64,000 nucleotides of DNA from an uncultured Ruminococcus sp. GTDB lineage: Bacteria > Bacillota > Clostridia > Oscillospirales > CAG-272. This document shows positions 27,060-35,645 of this stretch, in pieces. A model generated the notes under the pieces. It made no database searches. It was not told the DNA's origin and saw only the letters and a program-made list of their open reading frames with translations. The number at the start of each line of letters is the position of its first letter. Positions within the stretch are counted from its first letter, which is position 1. The DNA is taken from the NCBI GenBank assembly GCA_964434325.1, contig CAYSUO010000004.1, positions 1,661-65,660 on the forward strand, in the 5' to 3' direction. The position numbers and the translations under genes were made by a program.

Positions 27060-28496
27060 ATGATAGCATTATTCGTAATACTCGGGCTCGTCCTCCTCTT
27101 CATCGTCGTCATCCTCGCGAGGACCATCGCCTTCAAGCCACAAAAGCTCCCCGAGGTAAGGGCGGAGCACGTCACCGTCAACGAGGAGCGTGCCGCCTCG
27201 GGGCTCTCCGAAATAATTCGTTGCAAAACGGTATCGAATCCCGATCCGTCGCTGGAAAACGAAGCGGAGTTCCAGCGCTTCGAGAATCTCATCGCCTCGC
27301 TTTTTCCCGAGGTGCACCGCGTTTGCACCCTTGAAAAGCCCTCGCCGCGCGCCCTCCTTTTCCGCTGGCGCGGTCGCTCCGCCGAGCACCCCACCGTCCT
27401 CATGTCGCACTACGACGTCGTCGCCGCCGACGAGGAAGCCTGGGATAAGCCCCCCTTCGGCGGCATCATCGAAAACGGCGTTCTCTGGGGGCGCGGCGCC
27501 ATTGATACCAAGGTCACCCTAAACGGCATTCTTCAAGCGGCCGAAAGCCTCATCTCGGGCGGCTTCGTCCCCGAAAACGACATCTACTTCGCCTTCGGTG
27601 GCAACGAGGAGATAAACGGCGACGGCGCGCCATCGATAGTCTCCCTCTTCCGCGAGCGCGGCATTAAGCCCTCGCTCGTCGTCGATGAAGGCGGCGCCGT
27701 CATCAGCGGCGTTTTCCCAGGCGTCTCCGAGCCCTGTGCCGTCGTCGGCATAGCGGAGAAGGGTATGCTCAATCTTGAATATCGCGTCGTCGGTGGCGGC
27801 GGTCATTCCTCGGCCCCCGCACTGCATACCCCCGTCGGTAAGCTCTCCCGCGCTTGCACGCGCCTTGAAGCTCATCCGTTCCGCTATAAGTTGACCGCAC
27901 CGACGCGTGCCATGTTCGATACGCTCGGAAGGCGCTCCACATTCCTCTACCGTATGATATTCGCCAACCTCTGGTGCTTCGCACCTCTGCTTTCGCTCCT
28001 CGGTAAAAAGAGCGGCGGACAGATGAACGCCCTCTTGCGTACCACCGTCGCATTCACCCAGATGGAAGGCTCCTCCGCCATGAATGTTATCCCGACGGAG
28101 GCGCGCATGGTCTCCAATTCGCGCCTTGTTCACGGTGACACGATAGATAGCGCCGTTGCGCGCATTAAGCGCGTCATAAAAGACGACGACATCGAGCTCT
28201 CCGTCATAAGCGGAACAAACCCCTCCGTCATCTCCTCCGTCACGTCTTCCTCCTATCGTATAATGGAGGAGACCATACGCGAAACGTGGAACGGCACCGT
28301 CGTCTCTCCCTATCTTATGACGGCGTGCTCCGATTCCCGCCACTGGGGCGAGCTCTCCGACAACGTTTATCGCTTCTCCGCCATCGCCATAACGAACGAG
28401 GAAAATTCCCGCGTCCACGGCAACAACGAGCGCATTCCCGTCGGCGCATTGGCAAAAACGGTCGAGTTCTACATCCGCCTTATCAAAAAGCGCTAA
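27060..28496 (+). CDS. M20/M25/M40-family metallopeptidase with an N-terminal TM anchor
   Basis: Diagnostic strings are MSHYDVV...WGRGAIDTK...FGGNEEINGDG...VDEGG. SD GGAAGGAGAAAT precedes the ATG. Confidence 0.85.
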   Translation: MIALFVILGLVLLFIVVILARTIAFKPQKLPEVRAEHVTVNEERAASGLSEIIRCKTVSNPDPSLENEAEFQRFENLIASLFPEVHRVCTLEKPSPRALLFRWRGRSAEHPTVLMSHYDVVAADEEAWDKPPFGGIIENGVLWGRGAIDTKVTLNGILQAAESLISGGFVPENDIYFAFGGNEEINGDGAPSIVSLFRERGIKPSLVVDEGGAVISGVFPGVSEPCAVVGIAEKGMLNLEYRVVGGGGHSSAPALHTPVGKLSRACTRLEAHPFRYKLTAPTRAMFDTLGRRSTFLYRMIFANLWCFAPLLSLLGKKSGGQMNALLRTTVAFTQMEGSSAMNVIPTEARMVSNSRLVHGDTIDSAVARIKRVIKDDDIELSVISGTNPSVISSVTSSSYRIMEETIRETWNGTVVSPYLMTACSDSRHWGELSDNVYRFSAIAITNEENSRVHGNNERIPVGALAKTVEFYIRLIKKR

Positions 28497-28661
28497 GCAA
28501 AGGCTTGCAGAAGCTTCAAGCTTCGCCGTAAAGCAAAAGCCTTGCGAACAAAAGCTCTAAAAATTAAGCGATAAAGCGTTGCGCCTTGATAAAAGCTTCA
28601 AAGCTTTTGCGGCATAGAAAATAAGCACTACATTCAACGGTTTAAGCTGCTGTTATCAAAG

Positions 28662-29030
28662 AGCCCCCTCATTTAGGCAAAGCCGAACGAAAAACGGTAG
28701 AAGTAAGAAAGATCTCTGCTTCTACCGCTTTTTTCGGAAAAATCAAGAGCGGTTGGCGCAACCCAAAACTTGATAAACTCTGCTTCTGCCGTTTTTTTGA
28801 GAAAATCAAGCTCAAAACCTATGGTTTTTCTCCGCTTATATTTTGGTTTTCGCTTTATCTACGCTCCTCGCTTGACGTATCCTTGCGCGCCTATTGCTCG
28901 TCAGCCGTCGAGCTCCGCGCTAAATCCGTCAGCCGCCGTGTGACTCATTAAAATTCGCTTTGTTGATTTCAGCGTGGATTTGCCACCAAACCTTGCTTTT
29001 GTTGAATTTTTAATGAGCCCTTTTCTTTCG
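28662..29030 (+). repeat. Dispersed palindromic terminator element, copy D (internally rearranged, with the right-hand inverted-repeat module)
   Basis: CTCATTTAGGCAAAGCCGAACGAAAAAC, then the core hairpin, then a partial second core (CTCTGCTTCTGCCGTTTTTTT). It also carries CTCATTAAAATTC (28944-28956) and GAATTTTTAATGAG (29004-29017). Confidence 0.8.
28696..28734 (+). terminator. Intrinsic terminator inside element D (ends the M20 peptidase gene)
   Basis: GGTAGAAGtaagaaagatctctgCTTCTACCgcTTTTTT. Confidence 0.75.
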
Positions 29031-29128
29031 CCCGTCTTCGTGCCGCATAAAAATCTGCCGCTTGTGCAATAATACGGGTGAAGCTTGGCTCGCATGACGT
29101 GAGCTTATTCTAAGCACGGAGCGGAAGA

Positions 29129-29545
29129 ATGAAAAAATTAAGGAGCTTAAAAAGATACGCCCTCTTTTTTGTGGCGGGAGCGATAGGCTACGGCTTGCTC
29201 GAAATCGTTTGGCGCGGCAGAACACATTGGAGCATGCTGATAGCGGGCGGCATTTGCCTCGTTATCTTTTCCGTGGTAGCCGAAAAGGCAAGCTCGCGTC
29301 CCCTCGTGGTTAAGGCGGCGATATGCGCCGCTTGCGTGACGCTCGTGGAGCTCGCCTTCGGTCTCGTTTTCAACGTCGCCTTGAAGATGAACGTCTGGGA
29401 TTACAGTGCAATGCCCCTGAATCTCTTAGGGCAGATATGCCCCCTCTTTTCGTTGCTGTGGTGTGCCCTCGCCCTCGTGCTCCTGCCGCCCGTCGCCGCG
29501 GTCAATAAAAAACTTAGCCGTGAGGCGCCGACTATGTGCGATTAA
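29129..29545 (+). CDS. Small 4-TM membrane protein (PF06541 'putative ABC-transporter type IV'-like)
   Basis: ORF 29129..29545. Diagnostic strings are GLLEIVWRG...WDYS..PLNLLGQICP. Confidence 0.65.
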   Translation: MKKLRSLKRYALFFVAGAIGYGLLEIVWRGRTHWSMLIAGGICLVIFSVVAEKASSRPLVVKAAICAACVTLVELAFGLVFNVALKMNVWDYSAMPLNLLGQICPLFSLLWCALALVLLPPVAAVNKKLSREAPTMCD

Positions 29546-29590
29546 TAAAAACAAGCGCGCTTCACCTCCGTAAGGCGCGTAGCCCTACAA

Positions 29591-29645
29591 TAAAAATTTA
29601 GCGCGTAAGCTCTCCACAATTCAGTGGGCTTACGCGCTAAGTTCT
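29591..29645 (-). terminator. 13-bp-stem terminator between convergent genes
   Basis: TTAGCGCGTAAGC (29598-29610) pairs with GCTTACGCGCTAA (29628-29640). On the minus strand it is followed by ATTTTTATT. Confidence 0.7.
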
Positions 29646-29665
29646 CGCCGACACTTAAACGAATA

Positions 29666-30280
29666 TCAAATCGCCGAGTCCTTCGCTTTTTCTTCTGTCT
29701 CCCACCGTCTTTGCCGCAAGGCGCGCACCGCGTCGCCGCCAAGTCCTATAAGTATCGAAACTATGGAAATGGCGTTGCTCAAAATGCTGACGGGGTTTTC
29801 AATGATGATAACGTAGGTAAGCCAGAGCGACATTCCGATGAGCGAAAAAAGCCGCGTAACATAGGCTTTTTTGTTGTAAAGACCAATAACGGCTAAGCAG
29901 GAGCCAATCGCGGGAAGAACGTTGATGACCCAGAGAAACGAAAATACGGGCTCCTTGCAGGTGATGAAGGGCATGGCGAATATCAGTGCCGAAAAGGCAA
30001 AAAGCCACAATATGCTGTCCGCCCACTTGTGCTTGCCGCGATTGAAAAACACCGCCTCGCGCCCGCACATAACGGCGTTCAAGCCAGCCCCCGTGTATGC
30101 TCCGCATAAAATAAATTGAGCAACGCTCATGGCGTCGCAAATAAACTTGAAGATGAGTATCCTGTCGCGGCTCTTTTGCGTGTAAATGAGTAGGCTCCAA
30201 GCTATGGCGACGAGCCCTATGATCTGTCCGATGAGATATGGCGTACCCTTGTCGGCAATGCCTTTAAAAAATTCAAGCAT
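29666..30280 (-). CDS. YgjV-family inner-membrane protein
   Basis: ORF 29666..30313. The start MLEFFKG at 30280 follows AAGGAAAAAGAAA. The multi-TM profile fits YgjV. Confidence 0.7.
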   Translation of the reverse strand: MLEFFKGIADKGTPYLIGQIIGLVAIAWSLLIYTQKSRDRILIFKFICDAMSVAQFILCGAYTGAGLNAVMCGREAVFFNRGKHKWADSILWLFAFSALIFAMPFITCKEPVFSFLWVINVLPAIGSCLAVIGLYNKKAYVTRLFSLIGMSLWLTYVIIIENPVSILSNAISIVSILIGLGGDAVRALRQRRWETEEKAKDSAI

Positions 30281-30615
30281 TTTCTTTTTCCTTGGCGGTA
30301 TTAACAGAGGCAATCAAAATCCTCTTTATTTTCGTGCATCTATCAAGTAGAGCTTCGTCGTGGAAATATCCGCTCTCCAAAATGAGCTCAACCCAATATT
30401 CTGTTTCAAAGCACTCCTTTAAAGCGATTTGAAGCTTGGCGATAAAGTCGGCTTTGCTATGCGCGTAAAAGGCTTCTCTGATGTTTGCGCCTATGCTCGT
30501 TCCAGAACGCAAAAATTGATTTATTAAAGCGCTTTCGCACTTTGTCGCCCCTGCAAGCACGTATCGCGTCGAGCGCAAATGCTTTTGATTTTATAATCAA
30601 AGGGCTTTCGGTCAT
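30273..30615 (-). pseudogene. Four-helix-bundle protein (23S rRNA IVS protein / Avd-like family), frameshifted in a G-run
   Basis: ATG 30615 with SD GAGGTGA gives MTESPLIIKSKAFALDAIRACRG, which runs to a stop 53 codons in. The rest of the family sequence (..ALINQFLRSGTSIGANIREA..EYW) is in another frame, as ORF 30273..30578. The F(AL) to R(SGTS) distance is 70 nt, which is not divisible by 3. Confidence 0.65.
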
Positions 30616-30630
30616 AAGCTTGTCACCTCG

Positions 30631-30940
30631 TTACATTGGAAAACTGATTGTAAAATTGAAAAACTGATTGTAAAAAAGAACGCCTTTTGAGCTAAGAGAG
30701 AAAAGCAGCATTTATACCTATTAACTATTCACTATTACTTATTACTTGCCAAAAATCTACAAAGGCTCTAAGTGAATAGTGAAGAGTGAATAGTGAAAAA
30801 GTTACAATGGAAAACTGTAAAAAAGGACGCCTTTCGAGCTAATAGAGAGAAGCAACATTCTACCTATTAACTATTCACTATTACTTGCCAAAAATCTACG
30901 AAGGCTCTAAGTGAATAGTGAAGAGTGAATAGTGAAAAAG
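30631..30940. repeat. AT-rich tandem duplication (two units of about 140-170 bp) with internal GTGAATAGTGAA repeats and inverted CTATTCACTATTAC arms
   Basis: TTACA(T/A)TGGAAAACTG starts at 30631 and 30802. GTGAATAGTGAAGAGTGAATAGTGAAAAAG occurs at about 30771 and about 30910. Confidence 0.85.
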
Positions 30941-30977
30941 TAAAATCTACAAGCTTCTGCCGAATCTTGTAGATTTT
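30930..30977 (-). terminator. Terminator immediately 3' of tRNA-Arg
   Basis: The 12-bp stem pairs AAAATCTACAAG (30942-30953) with CTTGTAGATTTT (30966-30977). On the minus strand it is followed by ACTTTTTC. Confidence 0.7.
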
Positions 30978-31054
30978 TGGCCTGCCCGATAGGATTCGAA
31001 CCTACGGCCTTCAGAGTCGGAGTCTGACGCGCTATCCAGCTGTGCCACGGGCAG
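30978..31054 (-). tRNA. tRNA-Arg (anticodon CCG), CCA encoded
   Basis: Minus strand reads CTGCCCG-TG-GCAC-AGCTGGATA-GCGC-G-TCAGA-CTCCGAC-TCTGA-AGGCC-GTAGG-TTCGAAT-CCTAT-CGGGCAG-G-CCA. It folds into a cloverleaf by hand. The anticodon loop is CT-CCG-AC. Confidence 0.9.
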
Positions 31055-31085
31055 ATATATATTGTGCGGTTGAGCCGCGACTTAT

Positions 31086-31114
31086 ATTTTAGCACCTTTT
31101 CGCCGCTTTGTCAA
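31086..31114 (-). promoter_or_regulatory. SigA-type promoter of tRNA-Arg
   Basis: Minus strand reads TTGACA, a 17-nt spacer ending in TGC, then TAAAAT. It lies about 30 nt upstream of the tRNA 5' end. Confidence 0.65.
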
Positions 31115-31143
31115 TATGTTGCGCCGAATTTCGTGGCGCCCGT

Positions 31144-31198
31144 AAGAAAAGAAAAACGACGGATAAGAGCGGAGGCTCAAAGTTCGAGCCTCCGCTCT
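31144..31198 (-). terminator. Terminator of the sugar-isomerase operon
   Basis: Minus strand reads AGAGCGGAGGCTCgaactttGAGCCTCCGCTCT followed by ..GTTTTTCTTTTCTT. Confidence 0.8.
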
Positions 31199-31218
31199 CG
31201 TATCGCTCCGTGTCACCG

Positions 31219-32067
31219 TTAAACGATTTTTTTGAGGTATTCGAGCCCCGCCTTGATGGCTTCGAGCGGCTCCTCCATTCCCTCAAACTCTATCGAAAGC
31301 CAGCCGTCGTAGCCCTCTTTTTTCAGGATTTCAATGCAACGGCGGATCGGAACAACGCCGTGCCCGATGACCGTTCCGCGAATGTAGTTGCCGTTCGCCG
31401 TTCCGAAAAAGCCAGGAGGGCATATTCCCGTGTCGCCCGACTTGAAGAGGAAGTCCTTCGCGTGAACGTGGAAGGCGTAGCGCGCGGCTATCGCTATCGC
31501 GTGCGCGGGATCGCTGTCGGAGCAGAGGAAGTTGCCCATATCGCAGAGCCAGCCGTAGTTCTTGTGGTTGACGGCGAGTATAAGCTCCTCAACTCTCTCG
31601 GGGGCTTGGAAAATGTAGCCGTGGTTTTCCGTGCAGGTGCGTATCCCCTTCTTCTCCGCGTATTCCGTCGCCTTCCTTATCCTCGGAACAAGGAGCTTTA
31701 TCGCGTCGCGATAGGAGGTGAAGCGCTCCTTGGGAAGCGCCCAGCAAACGTCGTGGCGCAGAGTCTTAACTCCGAGCACTTCGGCAACGTCGATGTAGCC
31801 GTAAAGCTTTTTGAGGGCTTCTTCCTCGTCCTCGCCCGAAAGCTCCAAGCCCACCGTGTAGGCGGATATTTCGAGCCCTATCTTTTCGCAGTGTGCGCGC
31901 ACCTTGCGTGCCGTTTCTACGGGATCGAGGCTCTTGTCGAAGTTCTCAAAGGGAACGAACTCTATGCCGTCGAAGCCCATCTCCTTGGCAATATCGCATA
32001 TCTTTATGTAGTCGCAGTCCTTTTCGAGGAGCTTTGCGAAGCTGTAACTTGAAACTCCGAGTTTCAT
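31219..32067 (-). CDS. Sugar phosphate isomerase/epimerase (xylose-isomerase-like TIM barrel)
   Basis: ORF 31219..32097, starting MKLGVSSYSF at 32067. Diagnostic strings are ...ENH...HVHAKD...SIEFEG. Confidence 0.8.
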   Translation of the reverse strand: MKLGVSSYSFAKLLEKDCDYIKICDIAKEMGFDGIEFVPFENFDKSLDPVETARKVRAHCEKIGLEISAYTVGLELSGEDEEEALKKLYGYIDVAEVLGVKTLRHDVCWALPKERFTSYRDAIKLLVPRIRKATEYAEKKGIRTCTENHGYIFQAPERVEELILAVNHKNYGWLCDMGNFLCSDSDPAHAIAIAARYAFHVHAKDFLFKSGDTGICPPGFFGTANGNYIRGTVIGHGVVPIRRCIEILKKEGYDGWLSIEFEGMEEPLEAIKAGLEYLKKIV

Positions 32068-32121
32068 CCTTTCTCCATTCCGCCGCTTGCGCGGCAAAGT
32101 ATTTATTTTGTTAAGTCGCGG

Positions 32122-32970
32122 TCACACCACGCCGTAAGCGCGCACGTAGTCCGCCGCCAGCTTGATGTCGGCGCTCGGGTCGTTGCCCGCCTCCCTCTCT
32201 ATCGTCAGGAAGCCGTCGTAGCCTATCTCGCGAAGCGCTCCGAGATATTCGCCCCAGTCAACGTCGCCCTCGCCTATCGGCGTTTCGATAAAGAAGTCCG
32301 CCGCGTTAAGCCCCTCTATGCCGCCCTCCGCAAAGGACTTGTATATGAGCTTCGGGTCGCTCTTTTTGAGCATTCTCCCGTCCTTAACGTGAGTGTGCAC
32401 TATCTTCTTGCCGAGAAGGCGCACCGCCTCGGCAGGGTCCTGCCCCGTCACCATAACGAAGTTGGCAGGGTCGAGATTGACTCCGACGCCCTCGCCCGCC
32501 GCGTTCACAAAGCCCGCCAAGGTCGGCGCGATTTCAGGGCCCGTTTCTATCGCGAGCGTAACTCCGCGCGCCGCGGCATAGTCGCCGCACTCCTTTATCG
32601 CGGAAAGCATCGTCTTGTACTGCTCACATTCGCTGTCCGCGGGGATAACGCCGATATGCGTCGTTATGACCTTTGTTCCGAATTTCAGCGCGAGGTCAAC
32701 TATCCTTTTCGTTTTTTCAACTCTCTTCGGGTTGTCCTTCGCTATCTCGAAGCCGTGCCCGCCGAGGTCGGCGCACAGGGCGCTGACAACGAGCCCGTTC
32801 TCGGCGAGGAGCGCCTTGTATTCTTCAATGTCCTTCTCGGTAAGCACTTCGGGAGAAAAGCTCCCCGTCACCGCATAGATCTGAACGCCGTCAAGCCCGA
32901 GCTTTCCCGCCAGCTTTATCGCTTCCTTGTGGCTCGTCTTGAAATTGTCCGTAATAACTCCTAATTTCAT
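32122..32970 (-). CDS. Sugar phosphate isomerase/epimerase (xylose-isomerase-like TIM barrel), paralogue
   Basis: ORF 32122..33066, starting MKLGVITDNF at 32970. Diagnostic strings are ...AIETG...HTHVKD...TIERE. Confidence 0.8.
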   Translation of the reverse strand: MKLGVITDNFKTSHKEAIKLAGKLGLDGVQIYAVTGSFSPEVLTEKDIEEYKALLAENGLVVSALCADLGGHGFEIAKDNPKRVEKTKRIVDLALKFGTKVITTHIGVIPADSECEQYKTMLSAIKECGDYAAARGVTLAIETGPEIAPTLAGFVNAAGEGVGVNLDPANFVMVTGQDPAEAVRLLGKKIVHTHVKDGRMLKKSDPKLIYKSFAEGGIEGLNAADFFIETPIGEGDVDWGEYLGALREIGYDGFLTIEREAGNDPSADIKLAADYVRAYGVV

Positions 32971-33062
32971 ATTCTTCTCCGTTCCGCCCGTCGGGCGGTG
33001 ATTTTGTTTTCGATTGCGGCTTCGGCGGGCGAATTTTCGCCCGCGATCTCGCGCCGCGGTCG

Positions 33063-34130
33063 TCATTTCGTCAGGTCAAGCTCTCGCTTCTCGTCCGACG
33101 ATTTGTAAAGCGCCTCCAAGAGCCTCATCGTCTCCAAAACGTGAACGATGTTCGTCTTCGTCTTTTCTCCCGTCTCGCACGCATTAAGAAACGCCTTGTC
33201 CTCTTCGCAGAACATATCGGGGATCTCGTGGTCGGAAACGGTCGTCTCCAAGGTCTGCCCGTCGAAGAAGCTGAATTGCCCGCAGTAGGTCAGGCGCGCT
33301 CCCGCCTTGTCGCCGAGGAAGTCGATGTACGCCTCCGTCTCGCCGCCTATGTTCTGTGCCCAAGAGCCGTTGAACGATATGCTTGCCTTGTCCGTCCTGA
33401 TATAGCCCGAGATGAAGTCCTCAACGTCGTTCGTGCCCGTCTCAACGTTCTTCGTCTCCTCGCTCCACATATCGTGATACTTGTAGCTCTTCATATCCTT
33501 CGCCATCTCGCTGTATGCGTCGCAGGTCGCGCTGAGAAGCTTCGCGCCGCCGAGAATGTAGAAGATGAGGTCGAAGTTATGTATTCCGCAGTCGATGAGA
33601 ACGCCGCCGCCCGACTGAGACTTCGTGGTGAAGTCGCCGCCAAGCCCAGGGATGCCGCGGTTTCTTCTGAAAGAGCAGTACACGTGATATATCTTTCCAA
33701 ATTTACCCTCGCGGTTCATCTGTTCGAGTATTTCGACGGAGCGCTGATAGCGGTTGACGACGCCGATGTTGAGCAGCTTGCCCTGCTTCTCGGCTTCCGC
33801 CGCCATCTCGCAGGAAAGCGCGTAGTTGACGGTGACGGGCTTCTCGCAGAAAACGTGCTTGCCCGCGCGAAGCGCGTCCATCGTTATCGTGTAGTGCGCG
33901 TAGTTCGGGGTCAGAACGAAGACGGCGGTAACTTCGGGATCGGCGAGAGCCACCTGGTAGTCCGTTATAACGTTTTCAACGAGGTCGGGATAATTTTCTT
34001 TTATAGATTGCGCTTTTTCGATGATGAGGTCGCAGGCGTATTTCACCTTTAAATTTTCAATTTTCGCGAGGGCGGGGAAGTGAGCTCCGTTCGCTATTCT
34101 TCCGCAGCCTATTACGGCGATAGTTCTCAT
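33063..34130 (-). CDS. Gfo/Idh/MocA-family NAD(P)-dependent oxidoreductase
   Basis: MRTIAVIGCGRIANGAHFP is a Rossmann-fold N-terminus. EKP is present. The start at 34130 lies inside ORF 33063..34190. Confidence 0.85.
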   Translation of the reverse strand: MRTIAVIGCGRIANGAHFPALAKIENLKVKYACDLIIEKAQSIKENYPDLVENVITDYQVALADPEVTAVFVLTPNYAHYTITMDALRAGKHVFCEKPVTVNYALSCEMAAEAEKQGKLLNIGVVNRYQRSVEILEQMNREGKFGKIYHVYCSFRRNRGIPGLGGDFTTKSQSGGGVLIDCGIHNFDLIFYILGGAKLLSATCDAYSEMAKDMKSYKYHDMWSEETKNVETGTNDVEDFISGYIRTDKASISFNGSWAQNIGGETEAYIDFLGDKAGARLTYCGQFSFFDGQTLETTVSDHEIPDMFCEEDKAFLNACETGEKTKTNIVHVLETMRLLEALYKSSDEKRELDLTK

Positions 34131-34193
34131 TGTTTTCTCCTTGTTGTATCTTGCTTTATTTTTTATTTCGTTTGTGTTGCGGCGGTGCACTCC

Positions 34194-35645
34194 TTAGTCG
34201 GCGCAGATCACCCGCGTGTTCTCAAATTCCGCGGGATTCTTCGCGAGCATCGGCTTGCGTCCGCTGAGAACTTTAACGCCGCGCAAGGTGATTTCCTCGG
34301 GAGTCCCGTAGGGGAAGGGCTTGTTGGGCGTGTATGTCTTGTCGTAGTCGTTGAAGAGCGAAACGGTGCTCTCGGGAGCCAGCGTAGCGTCGTCTATCGT
34401 GAGGCCGTCCACCGTTATCTTGTGCGGCATCATGCACTTGTAGCCGAAGTCGTGGTCTCCCTCGTTCTGTCCGACCATGAGATATGCGTCGGCGGAGTGG
34501 CGCGTTTTGAGCGTGCAGTTGCGTATCGTAACGTTTCCGTCGAAGAAGGAGCCGTAGTCGGCGCGCAGGTTTATAAAGATGTTCGAGCGTATCGTCGTGT
34601 TCTCTATGAGGCAGTCGCCGAAGCCTATCAGGTTGAAGCCCGCGAAGCCGAGATCGCACCCTCGAACGACGAGCCCCGTGACGCCGCAGTGCGCGTCGAA
34701 GCGCGAGATGGTGCAGTCTTCAAGGAGCATATCCTTGCAGAAGTTCGAGCCCATGAGGCCCCAGTACTCCGTGTTCGTTATATCGATGGTCTGCTTTATG
34801 TTTATCAGCTTAACGCCTATCGAGAAGCCGAAGCCGAGATCGTAGGTCCCCATGCCCACCATCTGCCCAGGTATCTGGCTCTCGGTGTAGTAGGTTTTGT
34901 GCGGGGTCAAAAGGCAGTCCCTCAAAGTAACGTCGTAGCATTGACCGACGCTCAAAAAGCCGTTATAGGGCGCTCCGTGATCGAGCTCGCCTTCAACGTA
35001 GTGCGTAAGGTCTCTTACCGTGACGTGCGAGCGGGAGATGTTGAAGCCTCTCGCGTGGTAGGTGTATTTGGAGGGCATCTGATTGGCGATCGTCGTGAAG
35101 ATGCCGCCCTCTATGACCGTCGGCTCGTCGTCAACGCACCTTGCAACGGCGGAGGTAACTCTCGGATAATCCCAGCTGACGCCGTTCAATATGTTTCCGT
35201 CGGGATCGACGATAAAGCCGTCCGAAGGTGCGCTGCCGCTGTTCTTGTTCAAACCTTTTCTTATGTAAACGTTGCCCGTGTCCGTCGTCAGCTTAACGAA
35301 AACGTGCCCCTCGTGCGGGAAGTCGAGCTTCGTCTGTCCGCGTCTCAGCTCCTTTATCTCGGGCGTGAAATTCTCAAAATCGGAAACGACGTTGAAGCAC
35401 TGTGCATGTATGTTTTCAAGCTCGCGGTCGTCTATCGTGAACTTAGCTTTTCCAAAGTTCGTCGAGGTCTTTATTGTGGCGGTCAGATCCTTTCCGCCGA
35501 TGTAGTACGTCGCGCCGTCCGTTGCGCGAACGGGAAGCCCCTGCTCGTTGGCATAGTTGTGCGCGGCAACTATCGCGGGCATATCGTCGTGCACGCCGTC
35601 GCCCTTCGCGCCGAAGTCCTCGTAGCATACGTATTTCTTTTCCAT
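34194..35645 (-). CDS. Right-handed beta-helix protein (pectate-lyase-superfamily / GH28-related)
   Basis: FGAKGDGVHDD near the N-terminus is typical of Pectate_lyase_3-type proteins. Start 35645 (MEKKYV) is chosen by analogy with the GGAGA-N4-5-ATG spacing of neighbouring genes. ATG 35657 is the alternative. Confidence 0.7.
   Translation of the reverse strand: MEKKYVCYEDFGAKGDGVHDDMPAIVAAHNYANEQGLPVRATDGATYYIGGKDLTATIKTSTNFGKAKFTIDDRELENIHAQCFNVVSDFENFTPEIKELRRGQTKLDFPHEGHVFVKLTTDTGNVYIRKGLNKNSGSAPSDGFIVDPDGNILNGVSWDYPRVTSAVARCVDDEPTVIEGGIFTTIANQMPSKYTYHARGFNISRSHVTVRDLTHYVEGELDHGAPYNGFLSVGQCYDVTLRDCLLTPHKTYYTESQIPGQMVGMGTYDLGFGFSIGVKLINIKQTIDITNTEYWGLMGSNFCKDMLLEDCTISRFDAHCGVTGLVVRGCDLGFAGFNLIGFGDCLIENTTIRSNIFINLRADYGSFFDGNVTIRNCTLKTRHSADAYLMVGQNEGDHDFGYKCMMPHKITVDGLTIDDATLAPESTVSLFNDYDKTYTPNKPFPYGTPEEITLRGVKVLSGRKPMLAKNPAEFENTRVICAD

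Noticed and set aside
30273-31218. Integrated prophage or island at tRNA-Arg, or a DGR because of the Avd-like gene
   Set aside because: I found no integrase, no duplicated tRNA 3' segment anywhere in the window, and no reverse transcriptase or template/variable repeat pair. Only a possible remnant remains.
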